Shown here one piece after another: positions 10,815 to 22,945 of a DNA stretch of 64,000 bases. The DNA comes from Anthoceros angustus (lineage: Eukaryota > Plantae > Anthocerotophyta): the NCBI GenBank assembly GCA_010909165.1, contig MU008177.1, forward strand, positions 1,107,309 to 1,171,308. The letters run 5' to 3'. How positions within the stretch are numbered: the stretch's first letter is position 1; every line of letters starts with the position of its first letter. The notes under the pieces are model-generated. The model did not search any database. It saw nothing but the letters and a program-made list of their open reading frames with translations, and was not told the DNA's origin. The translations under genes were made by a program, and so were the position numbers.

Positions 10815-11260
10815 ATTTATTTTTGACCCGAGGGGATCAGGTTTCGGTTGTAGATGTGGTTGTAATAGACCCCACCCGGGACAATGTTTGCGAACATGTT
10901 ATCATTAACCCTCCAAGTTGGGTGGCGGAGGGATGCGCTACGGCTAAGGTCCACAAGTACTCTCCTATGCAGGACGGCCACGCCTTCGTCGCCCTTGCCA
11001 TCGAGACTCAAGGAGCTATGGGCAAGGATTTCTTCAAGTTTATCAAGGCGTGTGCTAAGGCTTATCAGAGCCACAAGAATGGGGTTGGCCTCCTCCTTTC
11101 TTGTATTGTTGCTTACTTCCGGCAAAGGGTTTCCATTGCTTTGCGGAGGGAGTTCAACACAGTGTGTACGGAACGACAGCGAACACGGGAGATGCAACTT
11201 CTTTGACACTGATGGGGTAGGCCTTTTCACATCCCTGACCACAAAGTTCTTTGGGCAGTA
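10815..11260 (+). mobile_element. 3' fragment of an RLE-type (restriction-like endonuclease; CRE/R2-like) non-LTR retrotransposon
   Basis: ORF 10823..11206: VVDVVVIDP...AEGCATAKVHKY...FVALAIETQGAMG...YFRQRVSIALRR, matching the RLE pattern DVxVxxP / K..KY / FxPxAxETxG / QRxSxAL. Confidence 0.72.
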
Positions 11261-11424
11261 GATAGTTTTGAGATTGTGGAGGCTAGTTGAGATTGTGAAG
11301 GCTAGTTCCGCGATTGTGGAGGCTTAGTTCCCCTAACATGGTACCCTTCATTGGAGGGGTTCCCCCGTTGTTTTTGGGTAGATGAAAATTTCCCATTTTT
11401 TATAATAAAGTCACCCTTTTCCCG

Positions 11425-12330
11425 CGAGATTCTTCGTTACCACAAGAGCTGTCCCGTTCGGAGTCTTAAAGAGACCGAACGCCAGAGCTAGTTTCTCAGC
11501 ATGCCCACAAAGCAGGTCCTCCTTTTCTTCTCACACAGTGCCTTAACACCAACTTTGTGTGAGGTACATGAGCATCCGCCCTCACTCCTGACCTACACAT
11601 CTCATGGTACAGTTGCACTGCCACATTAGGTTTCCCATGTTTAGCATGAACAGAGATGATGCAAGCACACATGAAGGCATCCGGTTTGCCTACCCTGGTG
11701 AACACATCCATGGCCACCTCTAGCCTACCTCTACATGCATACATGCCCAAGATATGGTTCCCTAAGTATGCATTCGACTCGTACCCAAGTACCCAAATTG
11801 GATATTCAGGTCATGAACTCGTCGCCCCACCACCAAATCCTTCTTAGCTGTACACAGTTTTAGCGTAAACAACAGAGTCTGTCTGCGCCAGAGTTTCCAG
11901 GGCTCCAACGGCCTCAGAAAGCGTCCCCTACTGACATAGCGTGCTCACGGTAACAGCAGTAACAACACGCATTTCCGACCCTACACGCATCCCACGTTCA
12001 GGCTTATCCGGAGAGCTGAACTCTGAAGGAGGGGCACCACGGCCCATCTGCGTATCCAAGGAAACGAGCTGCTCATCAACCCAAGCTAGCTTGAACATGT
12101 TATTTACGCACAGCACGTCTCAGCTCTTCTGATCTCGTCTGTTGCCCGACCACATGGAAGCCTCCAGAAAACCGTTCTTGCCACAAAGTGCTCCTGCTCC
12201 TAGCAACGACCATCGCTGGAAAACCCGTCCCTACCCACACACTATCTTTGAAGTGGAAGTGCTGGGCTCCTTACACTCGTGCACCTGGAGTCACTGGTTG
12301 CCAGAGTTTGATTCCCTAGCGGGAGGCTCT
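11425..12330 (-). pseudogene. Internally deleted, decayed PDF-PPR-DYW:KP paralog
   Basis: Decayed PDF-motif region (~12065-12190) and first PPRs (MYACRGRLEVAMDVFTRVGKPD), fused directly to the DYW tail (..ADAHV|PHTKLVL..., then ALAFGLFKTPNGTALVVTKNL). Confidence 0.8.
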
Positions 12331-12527
12331 AGTAGAATCCCACCGGTGATGGTCCCCACTACTTTGGGAGGAATGCCCATTCATTCTGTAGGGAGGGATA
12401 AGCCTCTGCGGTATGTTCATGTGTCCGTTTGGACAGAGATGGGGTTAACAAAGCACATTCACCCCGAAAAGAAGTTGCAATATTCACTGACGTGTACACT
12501 CAAACTCTGGGTAGTCCACCATTGTTC

Positions 12528-15500
12528 TCACGGACGGCCTTTACAACTGCAACAACCAGCTGCGAATCGATGCACACGGTACCCATCTCTTACCACAATG
12601 TCTCTCTGTTCAAGCCTTGACATGATTTCCGTGGAACTGTGGCAGTCGCTGCACATACGTAGATTCTTCGTTACCACCAGAGGTGTCCCACTCGGAGTGT
12701 TCAAGAGACCAAACGCCAGAGCTAGTTTCTCAGCATGCCCACAAAGCGCATCTTCCTTTTCCTTCTCAGACAGGGGCTTCAACACTAATTTTGTGTGAGG
12801 TACGTGGCCTCCATCCTGTTTCACAAGAGCATTGGTGACCTCTACCTTCAGTGCAATATCCTCTCTCCTTTCTCCCACCAGGAACCTATGGACCTCCTTA
12901 TTCACCTCAATGGTTGCCACTGCAGGTTTCTTGTTAGCTCCTGCTACCATTCGTTGTGTTTCAATCCTGTCTACATCGCTCCACCTACCTGCATCTGCAT
13001 AGGCATTGGCCATGAGCACATAGGCCGGTGCCTCCTGGGGGTTCAGCCTCACAATGCTTTCAAAACACCACATCGCCCTCTCAATATCCCCGTGACTTTT
13101 GCAGGCACTCAACAAAGACGTCAAGCCCACGACATCACTTTCACCCAAAAATGATAATAGAATTGTCTCTGCCTCATCTAAATGGCCCGCACGCCCAAGA
13201 AGATCAATCATGCAGGTGTAATGCTCAACAGTAGGTTTGATGCCATGCTCTTCAGCCATGGAATCAAAGTGCTTCCGCCCCTCGTCCACCAGTCCCTCAT
13301 GACTGCATGCTACTAGAAGGCAAGAAAAAGTAGCCCCATCAGGCTGGATGCCAGCAACTAACATCTCCTCAAAACAAGCTAGTGCCTTGTGACCTTCATC
13401 ACAAGAACCATACCCAGCAATCAGGGCTGTCCATGTCACCACATCCTTTCTGTTCATGCTATCAAAAACCTGGCGTGCATCTTCCAGTTCACCACATTTT
13501 GCATACATGTCCACCAGGCAGGTGCCCACCACTACGTCATCCAGCAGTCCTCTTGCAACAATCTGTGAGTGCAACTGCCTGCCCTTCTGTAAGGCGCCAG
13601 TACTTGCACAGGCCTTCAGAAGGCACGCAAAAGTAAAATGGTTGGCGAAAATGAGGCCCTCGTGCTCCATTTGTCCATAGAGAACAAGCGCCTCTTGGCC
13701 GACTCCTTGCTGGACATACCCAGCAATCAGAGCATTCCATGTCACCACATCCTTTTTGGCCATGCTTTCAAAAACCTGGCGTGCATCTTCCAGTTCAGCA
13801 CATTTTGCATACATGTCCACTAGGCAGGTGCCCACCACAACGTCATCCAGGAGTCCTCTTTCGACAATCTGTGAGTGCAGCTGCCTGCCCTTCTGTAAGG
13901 CACCAGTGCTTGCACAGGCCTTCAGAAGGCAAGCAAAAGTAACATGGTCAGCCAAAATGAGGCCCTTGCTCCATTTGTCCATAGACAAGCGCCTTGGCTC
14001 CCTTGCTGTGCATACCCAGCAATCAGGGCATTCCATGTCACCACATCCTTTGGCCATGCTGTCAAAAACCTGGCGTGCATCTTCCAGTTCACCACATTTT
14101 GCATACATGTCCACCAGGTGCCCACCAACGTCATCCAGCAGTCCTCTTCGACAATCTGTGAGTGCAGTTGCATGCCCTTCTGTAAGGCACCAGTGCTTGC
14201 ACAGGCCTTCAGAAGGCAAGCAAAAGTAGCATGGTTAGCCACAATCAGGCCCGCCTCCTCCATTTGTCCATACAGAACAAGCGCCTCTTGGCCAAGTCCT
14301 TGCTGTGCATACCCAGCAAGCAGGGCATTCCATGTCACCACATCCTTTGTGGCCATGCTGTCAAAAATCTGGCGTGCATCTTTCATTTTACCACATTTTG
14401 CATACCCATCTATCAGGGCATTCCATGTCACCACATTTTTTGTGCTCATGCTGTCAAAAACCTGGCGTGCATCTTTCAGTTCACCACATTTTGCATACCC
14501 AGCTATCAGGGCATTCCATGTCACCACATCCTTTGTGGCCATGTTGTCAAAAACCTGGCGTGCATCTTTCAATTGGCCACATTTTGCATACATATCCACC
14601 AGGCAGTTGCCAACAAACAAGTTATTAGCAATGCCACTCTGCACCACATCACAGTGCACTTTTCTGCCAGATTCCAAGTCGGCCGCAATTGCGCAAGCCT
14701 GAAGGGCAGCTACAAAGACGTGAGAATTCACCTTCACTCCTGACCTACGCATCTCATGGTACAGTTGTATGGCCTCATTAGGTTTCCCATGCTTAGCATG
14801 TGCAGAGATTATGGAAGACCACATGAAGACATCTGGTTTGCCCACCCTGGTGAACACATCCATGGCCTCCTGCAGCCTACCACATGCATACATGCGCAAG
14901 ATATGGTTCCCCAAGTATGCACTCGACTCGTACCCAAGTTTGACAGTGAGATCATGAACTCGTCGCCCCACAACCAAATCCTTCTTAGCTGTACACAGTT
15001 TTAGCACAGTGTACAACAGAGACTGAGAAATGGCAGAGTCTGTCTGCGCCAGAGATTCCAGGGCTCCAACGGCCTCAGAAAGCTTCCCTGCTGACATAAC
15101 GTGCTCACGGTTCCAGCCGTTACGACGCCCATTTCCGATCCTGCACGCCTCCCAGGTTCAGGCTTATCCGGAGAGCTGGACGCGGAAGGAGGCACCATGA
15201 CCCATCTGCATATCCAAGGAAACGAGCTGCTCATCAACCCAAGCTGGCTTAAACATGTTGTTTAACCACAGGACCTCGCCGGACCCCTTACGCCGGAAGT
15301 CAGGCGAACGGGAGCTCTTCTTATCTCGTCTGTTGTCCCACCACATGGTAGGGTCCAGAAAAATTGTTGCCACAAGTGCTCCTGCTCCTGCTCCTGGCAA
15401 CGACCATCGCTGGAAACCCGTCCCACCCATTTCTCGAAGTGGAAGTGCTGGGTCCTTACACTGCTGCACCTGGAGGCTTGGTCGTTTGCCAGGGGGATTC

Positions 15501-15600
15501 CCTGAGGTGAGGTGAGCTGGAGTTCCTACTAGGATCCCTGAACACGCTCCAATTTGTTGGGTCCACAGGGTCCGGTTGCCATACTGCGGCCATCGTTCAG
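12528..15600 (-). CDS. PLS-class PPR protein with N-terminal OSB-like PDF motif and C-terminal DYW:KP (GRP-type) domain, gene A; interrupted by small indels
   Basis: ORFs 15164..15469 (WWDNRRDKKSSRSPDFRRKGSGEVLWL), 13922..15097 and 12528..14219 give P/L/S repeats (VVTWNALIAGY, TFACLLKACA, GTCLVDMYAKCG), E motifs, KKPAVATIEV, GHAEKLALAFGL, CSDCH and terminal CSCKGRP*. The true start codon is uncertain. Confidence 0.88.
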
Positions 15601-17297
15601 GAACCGTCGTCGGAAGATGACTTTAACAAAGACAGTGGCGGGATCCCGGTACTGTGTATGACCACCACCCTGAAGGAGTGAGCGGACTGTTTTGCATAGC
15701 TCACCTACAAACAAACAGCACAAGACACGTTATCGTAGCAGGGCTATGGCGTACCGTTTTGGGCAGGGGGATCCTGGTCCTTACTTTCTTTTTCCTTTCT
15801 GGCGGAGCTGGCCCTGCACCGAGTTCGATGTCCAGCTTGGTACACGGAGCCAGATGGAGCCCCAGCTAGGCCCAGTGGCCATCAAAGGCTGGGCACAAGC
15901 TCGATCGCGGCCGGGCCGTGATCATCAGAATTGCCGTGGTTGCAGGCCAGCAACCAGGCCGTGATGATGAGGCCAGAATTCGACCATTCAGGCCGAGAGC
16001 AAAATCCATTCAAGCCTGAAGGGCAGCTACAAAGACGTGAGCATCCGCCTTCACTCCTGACCTACGCATCTCATGGTACAGTTGTATGGCCTCATTAGGT
16101 TTCCCATGCTTAGCATGTGCAGAGATTATGGAAGACCACATGAAGACATCTGGTTTGCCCACCCTGGTGAACACATCCATGGCCTCCTGCAGCCTACCAC
16201 ATGCATACATGCGCAAGATATGGTTCCCCAAGTATGCACTCGACTCGTACCCAAGTTTGACAGTGAGATCATGAACTCGTCGCCCCACAACCAAATCCTT
16301 CTTAGCTGTACACAGTTTTAGCACAGTGTACAACAGAGACTGAGAAATGGCAGAGTCTGTCTGCGCCAGAGATTCCAGGGCTCCAACGGCCTCAGAAAGC
16401 TTCCCTGCTGACATAACGTGCTCACGGTTCCAGCCGTTACGACGCCCATTTCCGATCCTGCACGCCTCCCAGGTTCAGGCTTATCCGGAGAGCTGGACGC
16501 GGAAGGAGGCACCATGACCCATCTGCATATCCAAGGAAACGAGCTGCTCATCAACCCAAGCTGGCTTAAACATGTTGTTTAACCACAGGACCTCGCCGGA
16601 CCCCTTACGCCGGAAGTCAGGCGAACGGGAGCTCTTCTTATCTCGTCTGTTGTCCCACCACATGGTAGGGTCCAGAAAAATTGTTGCCACAAGTGCTCCT
16701 GCTCCTGCTCCTGGCAACGACCATCGCTGGAAACCCGTCCCACCCATTTCTCGAAGTGGAAGTGCTGGGTCCTTACACTGCTGCACCTGGAGGCTTGGTC
16801 GTTTGCCAGGGGGATTCCCTGAGGTGAGGTGAGCTGGAGTTCCTACTAGGATCCCTGAACACGCTCCAATTTGTTGGGTCCACAGGGTCCGGTTGCCATA
16901 CTGCGGCCATCGTTCAGGAACCGTCGTCGGAAGATGACTTTAACAAAGACAGTGGCGGGATCCCGGTACTGTGTATGACCACCACCCTGAAGGAGTGAGC
17001 GGACTGTTTTGCATAGCTCACCTACAAACAAACAGCACAAGACACGTTATCGTAGCAGGGCTATGGCGTACCGTTTTGGGCAGGGGGATCCTGGTCCTTA
17101 CTTTCTTTTTCCTTTCTGGCGGAGCTGGCCCTGCACCGAGTTCGATGTCCAGCTTGGTACACGGAGCCAGATGGAGCCCCATTAGCCCAGTGGCCATCAA
17201 AGGCTGGGCACAAGCTCGATCGCGGCCGGGCCGTGATCATCAGAATTGCCGTGGTTGCAGGCCAGCAACCAGGCCGTGATGATGAGGCCAGAATTCG
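14694..17297 (-). repeat. 1317-bp tandem duplication of the upstream region + PDF + first PPRs of gene A
   Basis: Identical ORF translations offset by 1317 bp (14769/16086, 15164/16481, 15255/16572). Junction CAAGCCTGAAGG at 14694 and 16011. Confidence 0.92.
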
Positions 17298-18635
17298 ACC
17301 ATTCACCTTCACTCCTGACCTACGCATCTCATGGTACAGTTGTATGGCCTCATTAGGTTTCCCATGCTTAGCATGTGCAGAGATTATGGAAAACCACATG
17401 AAGACGTTTGGTTTGGCCACCCTGGTGAACACGTCCATGGCCTCCTGCAGCCTACCTTCGCATGCATACATGCGCAAGATATGGTTCCCTAAATATGCAC
17501 TCGACTCGTACCCAAGTTTGGCAGTGAGATCATGAACTCGACGCCCCACAACCAAATCCTTCTTAGCTGTACAAAGTTTTAGCACAGTGTACAAGAGAGA
17601 CTGGGAAATGGCAGAGTCTGTCTGCGCCAGAGATTCCAGGGCTCCAACGGCCTCACAAAGCTTCCCCTGCTGACATAACGTGCTCACGGTTACGGCCGTA
17701 ACCACGCCCATTTCCGATCTTGCACGCCTCCCAGGTTCAGGCTTATCCGAAGAGGTGGACGCGGAAGGAGGGGCATCATGACTCATCTGCAAATCCAAGG
17801 AAACGAGCTGTTCATCAACCCAAGCTGGCTTAAGCATGTTGTTTAACCACAGCACCTCGCCGGACCCCTTACGCCGGAAGTCAGGGGAACGGAAGCTCTT
17901 CTTATCTCGTCTGTTGTCCCACCACATGGTAGGCTCCAGAAAAAATTGTTGCCACAAGTGCTCCTGCTCCTGGCTCCTGGCAACGACCGGCATCGCTGGG
18001 AAACCCGTCCCTACCCATCTTTCTCTGAAGTGGAAGTGCTGGGCTCCGAGTCCTTACACTGCTGCACCTGTAGGCTTGGTCGTTTGCCAGGGGGGCATTC
18101 CCTGAGGTGAGGTGAGCTGGAGTTCCTACTAGGATCCCTGAACACGCTCCAATTTGTTGGGTCCACAGCGAGTCCGGTTGCCATACTGCGGCCATCGTTC
18201 AGGAACCGTCGTCGGAAGATGACTTTAACAAAGACAGTGGCGGGATCCCCGGGTACTGTGTATGACCACACCACCCTGAAGGAGTGAGCGGACTGTTTTG
18301 CATAGCTCACCTACAAACAAACAGCACAAGACACGTTATCGTAGCAGGGCTATGGCGTACCGTTTTGGGCAGGGGGATCCCGGTCCTTACTTTCTTTTTT
18401 TCCTTTCTTTCTGGCGGAGCTGGCCCTGCACCGAGTTCGATGTCCAGCTTGGTACACGGAGCCAGATGGAGCCCCAGCTAGGCCCAGTGGCCATCAAAGG
18501 CTGGGCACAAGCTCGATCGCGGCCGGGCCGTGATCATCAGAATTTGCCGTGGTTGCAGGCCAGCAACCAGGCCGTGATGATGAGGCCAGAATTCGACCAT
18601 TCAGGCCGAGAGCAAAATCCATTCAAGCCTGAAGG
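17298..18635 (-). pseudogene. Third, more diverged 5' cassette (upstream region + PDF + first PPRs)
   Basis: ORF 17061..17993: EQEHLWQQFFLEPTMWWDNRRDKKSFRSPDFRRKG...PPRs, truncated after RRSGVKVN. Confidence 0.88.
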
Positions 18636-19889
18636 AACTCAGGCTTTTAATTTCATACAGGCGCCTGATCCATCAAGGCCTTCAGGGATTCAGGGCCTTC
18701 ATCATTCAGGCCTCCCATGATCTTCAGCCATGAATCGCATCGCCTACCGCGTTTCTGCGTGACTCGCAATGGCCTGCCCAGTTCTACGGTGTTGGCGCCA
18801 TAGTCACCGAACTCCGGACATGCAAAGGTGCGCACTGCAAAGTTCTATCTCTGACGTCATAGCCACAGCACAATCGCTCAAGATTGGACATCATCATTCA
18901 CACAGAGGAACGCAATCTTCCTCACAACCCAGTATACCAAGCACCGAAACGTTCAACCAAAACCTAACTCGTGGCCCTCAGTGTGCTATGTGCACACCCA
19001 CCAGTACGCGTCCTAACACCATGGTACATTGGGCAATGGTTTTAGAGTTTATTATGCCACCCGGCCCAATCCGGTGGCCGGGATGGGGGGAGCGGGAGAA
19101 GTCGATGCCCACGTTGCCGCGCTGGACGAGCGTGGTTATGGGGAGGGGGTGACCGCGCGCGCATTCTCTCCCCTTCCCGGTTCATGAGGAAACGGCAAAC
19201 TGACCCTGGGTCGGCTGTGGAGGAAGCGATTGTGTCCCAAGTTCAAAACACGATTCAAGGCGGCAAACACGGTCCAAGTTGGAAGGCTATGGATTCATAT
19301 GGTGCGCATGGATCGGCGCGAAGGTGCTGATTTTTATGCTAGAACCCAAATGCAGGGGTGAGAGTCTCAATTCGAAACTCCTGGGCATTCTGGGGTTAAC
19401 TTGCGATTCTGGCCTCAATCGATTTCCGTTTCATTCGGTCCTGAATTGATAGCTTCAGCCCATGCCCAGCCCTTGGTGGCTGCTGGCTCCGTGCACCAAG
19501 TTGGCTCTAGCTCTGTGCACGGCTCATGTGATTTCCGATCCGTGAGTAAAAAATCGTTCATATTAAGACGATTAAGACATTCTGCGGTGCAGATCCAGGT
19601 CCAGGTGCAGGTGTCAATGCTACCTTCTCCAGGTGCAGGTGCAGGTGCAGGTGCAGGGGCCAATGCCACTTTCTCGAGGTGCAGTCCAGCCTTGCTATTC
19701 AGCAGCAATTTTCCAGGTCCTGAGCACAGCTTAACTGCCCTGCTCTTCAGCACCTTTGTTCGCACCGTCCAGGTCAGTCCACCAACCCTGGCCTGGCTGC
19801 TGTGGAGGCTGTGGGTTAGTGCGCATACAGAGGACGCGTTCGAGAGCGGCCTAGTCTTGTCCATGCACCTCCGACAGCGGTTCCTGAAC

Positions 19890-22782
19890 GATGACCACAG
19901 TATGGCAACCGGATCCGTTGTGGACCCAACAACCTGCAATTCGTGTGTGTACAGGGATTCTACGAGGACCTCATTCTAACCTCAGCTTAGGGAGTCCACC
20001 CCTGGCAAGCAAAGCCTCCACGTGCAGCATTGTCATGAGCCCAAAAATTCCACTTCCGAGAAAGTGTGTGGGTAGGGACTGGTTTTCCAGCGATGGTCGT
20101 TGCCAGGAGCAGGAACACTTGTGGCGCCAATTTTTTCTGGACCCTACCATGTGGTGGGATAACAGACGAGAGAAGAAGAGCTCCCGTTCGCCTGACTTTC
20201 GCCGTAAGGGGTCCAGCGAGGTGCTGTGGTTAAACAACATGTTTAAGCCAGCTTGGGTTGATGAGCAGCTGGTTTCCTTGGATATGCAGATGGGCCATGG
20301 TGCCTCTCCTTCCGAGTCCAGCTCCCCGAATAAGCCTGAACCTGCGAGGCGTGCAGGATCGGAAATGGCCGTCGTTGCTGCTGCTACCGTGAGCACGTTA
20401 TGTCAGCAGGGGAAGCTTTCTGAGGCCGTTGGAGCCCTGGAATCTCTGGCGCAGACAGACTCTGCCATTTCTCAGTCTCTGTTGTACACTGTGCTAAAAC
20501 TGTGTACAGCTAAGAAGGATTTGGTTGTGGGGCGTCGAGTTCATGATCTCACTGCCAAACTTGGGTACGAGTCGAGTGCATACTTGGGGAACCATATCTT
20601 GCGCATGTATGCATGTGAAGGTAGGCTGCAGGAGGCCATGGATGTGTTCACCAGGGTGGGCAAACCAAACGTCTTCATGTGGTTTTCCATAATCTCTGCA
20701 CATGCTAAGCACGGGAAACCTCAGGAGGCCATACAACTGTACCATGAGATGCGTAGGTCAGGAGTGAAGGCGGATGCTCACGTCTTTGTAGCTGCCCTTC
20801 AAGCCTGTGCACTTGCCGCTGACTTGGAATCTGGCAGAAAAGTGCACTGTGATGTGGTGCAGAGTGGCATTCCTACTAATTTGTTCGTGGGCAACTGCCT
20901 GGTGGACATGTATGCAAAATGTGGTGAAGTGAAAGATGCACGCCAGGTTTTTGACAGCATGGCCACAAAGGATGTGGTGACATGGAATGCCCTGATTGCT
21001 GGGTATGCACAGCAAGGACTCGGCCAAGAGGCGCTTGTTGTGTATGGACAAATGGAGGAGGCCTCATTTTGGCTGACCATGTTACTTTTGCTTGCCTTCT
21101 GAAGGCCTGTGCAAGCACTGGTGCCTTACAGAAGGGCAGCTGCACTCACAGATTGTGGAAAGAGGACTGCTGGATGACGTAGTGGTGGGCACCTGCCTGG
21201 TGGACATGTATGCAAAATGTGGTGAACTGGAAGATGCACGCCAGGTTTTTGACAGCTTGGCCACAAAGGATGTGGTGACATGGACCCTGATTGCTGGGTA
21301 TGCACAGCAAGGACTCGCCAAGAGGCGCTTGTGTATGGACAAATGGAGGAGGCAGGCCTCATTTTGGCTGACCGTGTTACTTTTGCTTGCCTTCTGAAGG
21401 CCTGTGGAAGCACTGGTGCCTTGCAGAAGGGCATGCAATTGCACTTGCAGATTGTGGAAAGAGGACTGCTGGATGACATAATGGTGGGCACGTGCCTGGT
21501 GGACATGTATGTCAAATGTGGTGAACTGGAAGATGCACGCCAGGTTTTTGACAGCTTGGCCACAAAGGACGTGGTGACATGGACCCTGATTGCTGGGTAT
21601 GCACAGCAAGGACTCGCCAAGAGGCGCTTGTTGTGTATGGACAAATGGAGGAGGCAGGCCTTATTTTGGCTAACCATGTTACTTTTGCTTGCCTTCTGAA
21701 GGCCTGTGCAAGCACTGGTGCCTTACAGAAGGGCAGCTGCACTCACAGATTGTCGAAAGAGGGCTGCTGGGTACTGTGGTGTTGGGCACCTGCTTGGTGG
21801 ACATGTATGCAAAATGTGGTGAACTGGAAGATGCACGCCAGGTTTTTGACAGCATGGCACAAAGGATGTGGTGACATGGAATGCCCTGATATCTGGGTAT
21901 GGTACTTGTGATGAAGGTCACAAGGCACTAGCGTGTTTTGAGGAGATGTTAGTTGCTGGTGTTCAGCCGAATGATGCTACTTTTACTTGTCTTTTAGTAG
22001 CATGCAGTCACGAGGGACTGGTCCACGAGGGTCGCAAGCACTTTCATTCCATGGCTGAAAAGCATGGCGTCAAACCTACTATTGAGCACTACGTCTGCAT
22101 GGTTGATCTTCTCGGGCGTGCTGGCCATTTAGATGAGGCAGAGAAGATGCTATCAGCATGTGAGGGCCAAACTAATGTTGTGGTCTTGACGACTTTGCTG
22201 AATGCCTGCAAAAGTCACGGGGATATAGAGAGGGCAATGTGGTGTTTTGAAAGCATTGTCAGGCTGGACCCTCTATGGGCGCCTGCGTATGTGCTCATGG
22301 CCAACGCCTATGCAGATGCAGGTAGATGGACCGATGTAGACAGGATTGAAACACAAAGAAGGGTAGCAGGAGCTAACAAGAAACCTGCAGTAGCGAGCAT
22401 TGAGGTGAACAAGGAGGTACATAGATTTCTGGTGGGAGAAAGTGGAAAGGATATTTTGCATAAGGTAGAGAGCACGAATGCACGTGTGAAGCAGGAAGGA
22501 GGCCACGTACCTCACACAAAATTGGTCTTGAAGGCACTGTCTGAGAAGGAAAAGGAAGATGTACTTTGTGGGCATGCGGAGAAACTAGCTCTGGCATTTG
22601 GTCTGTTGAACACTCCGAGTGGGACACCCCTGGTGGTAACGAAGAATCTACGCATGTGCAGTGACTGCCACAGTTCCACGGAGATCTTGTCAAGGCTTGA
22701 ACAGAGAGACATTGTTGTGAGGGATGGGTACCGTGTGCATCGATTCACAGCTGGTTGTTGCAGTTGTAAGGTTCGACCATGA
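19890..22782 (+). CDS. PDF-PPR-DYW:KP protein, gene B (divergent from gene A); interrupted by small indels
   Basis: ORF 19891..21102 (HLWRQFFLDPTMWWDNRREKKSSRSPDFRRKG + PLS repeats), several frameshifted PLS triplets at 21100-21870, and ORF 21868..22782 (E1/E2, KKPAVASIEV, GHAEKL, CSDCH, CSCKVRP*). The N-terminus is uncertain. Confidence 0.88.
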
Positions 22783-22945
22783 GAAATAATGAAGAAGTGT
22801 CGCCAGTGCTTATTCGGGTGAATGTAACACTCCAACATCCTGGAACGACTTGTAACCTTACTAGCAGAGATGACGACAGGGTTGTTATACAATAAGTTGT
22901 ATAGTTTTAAATATTAATACATAATATTTTAGGATATTTTACTTT

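Noticed and set aside
12142-22892. Numerous ORFs antisense to the PPR genes (e.g. 13756..14229, 13944..14702, 21126..21677)
   Set aside because: They are shadows of the repetitive PPR coding strand and recur with each repeat.
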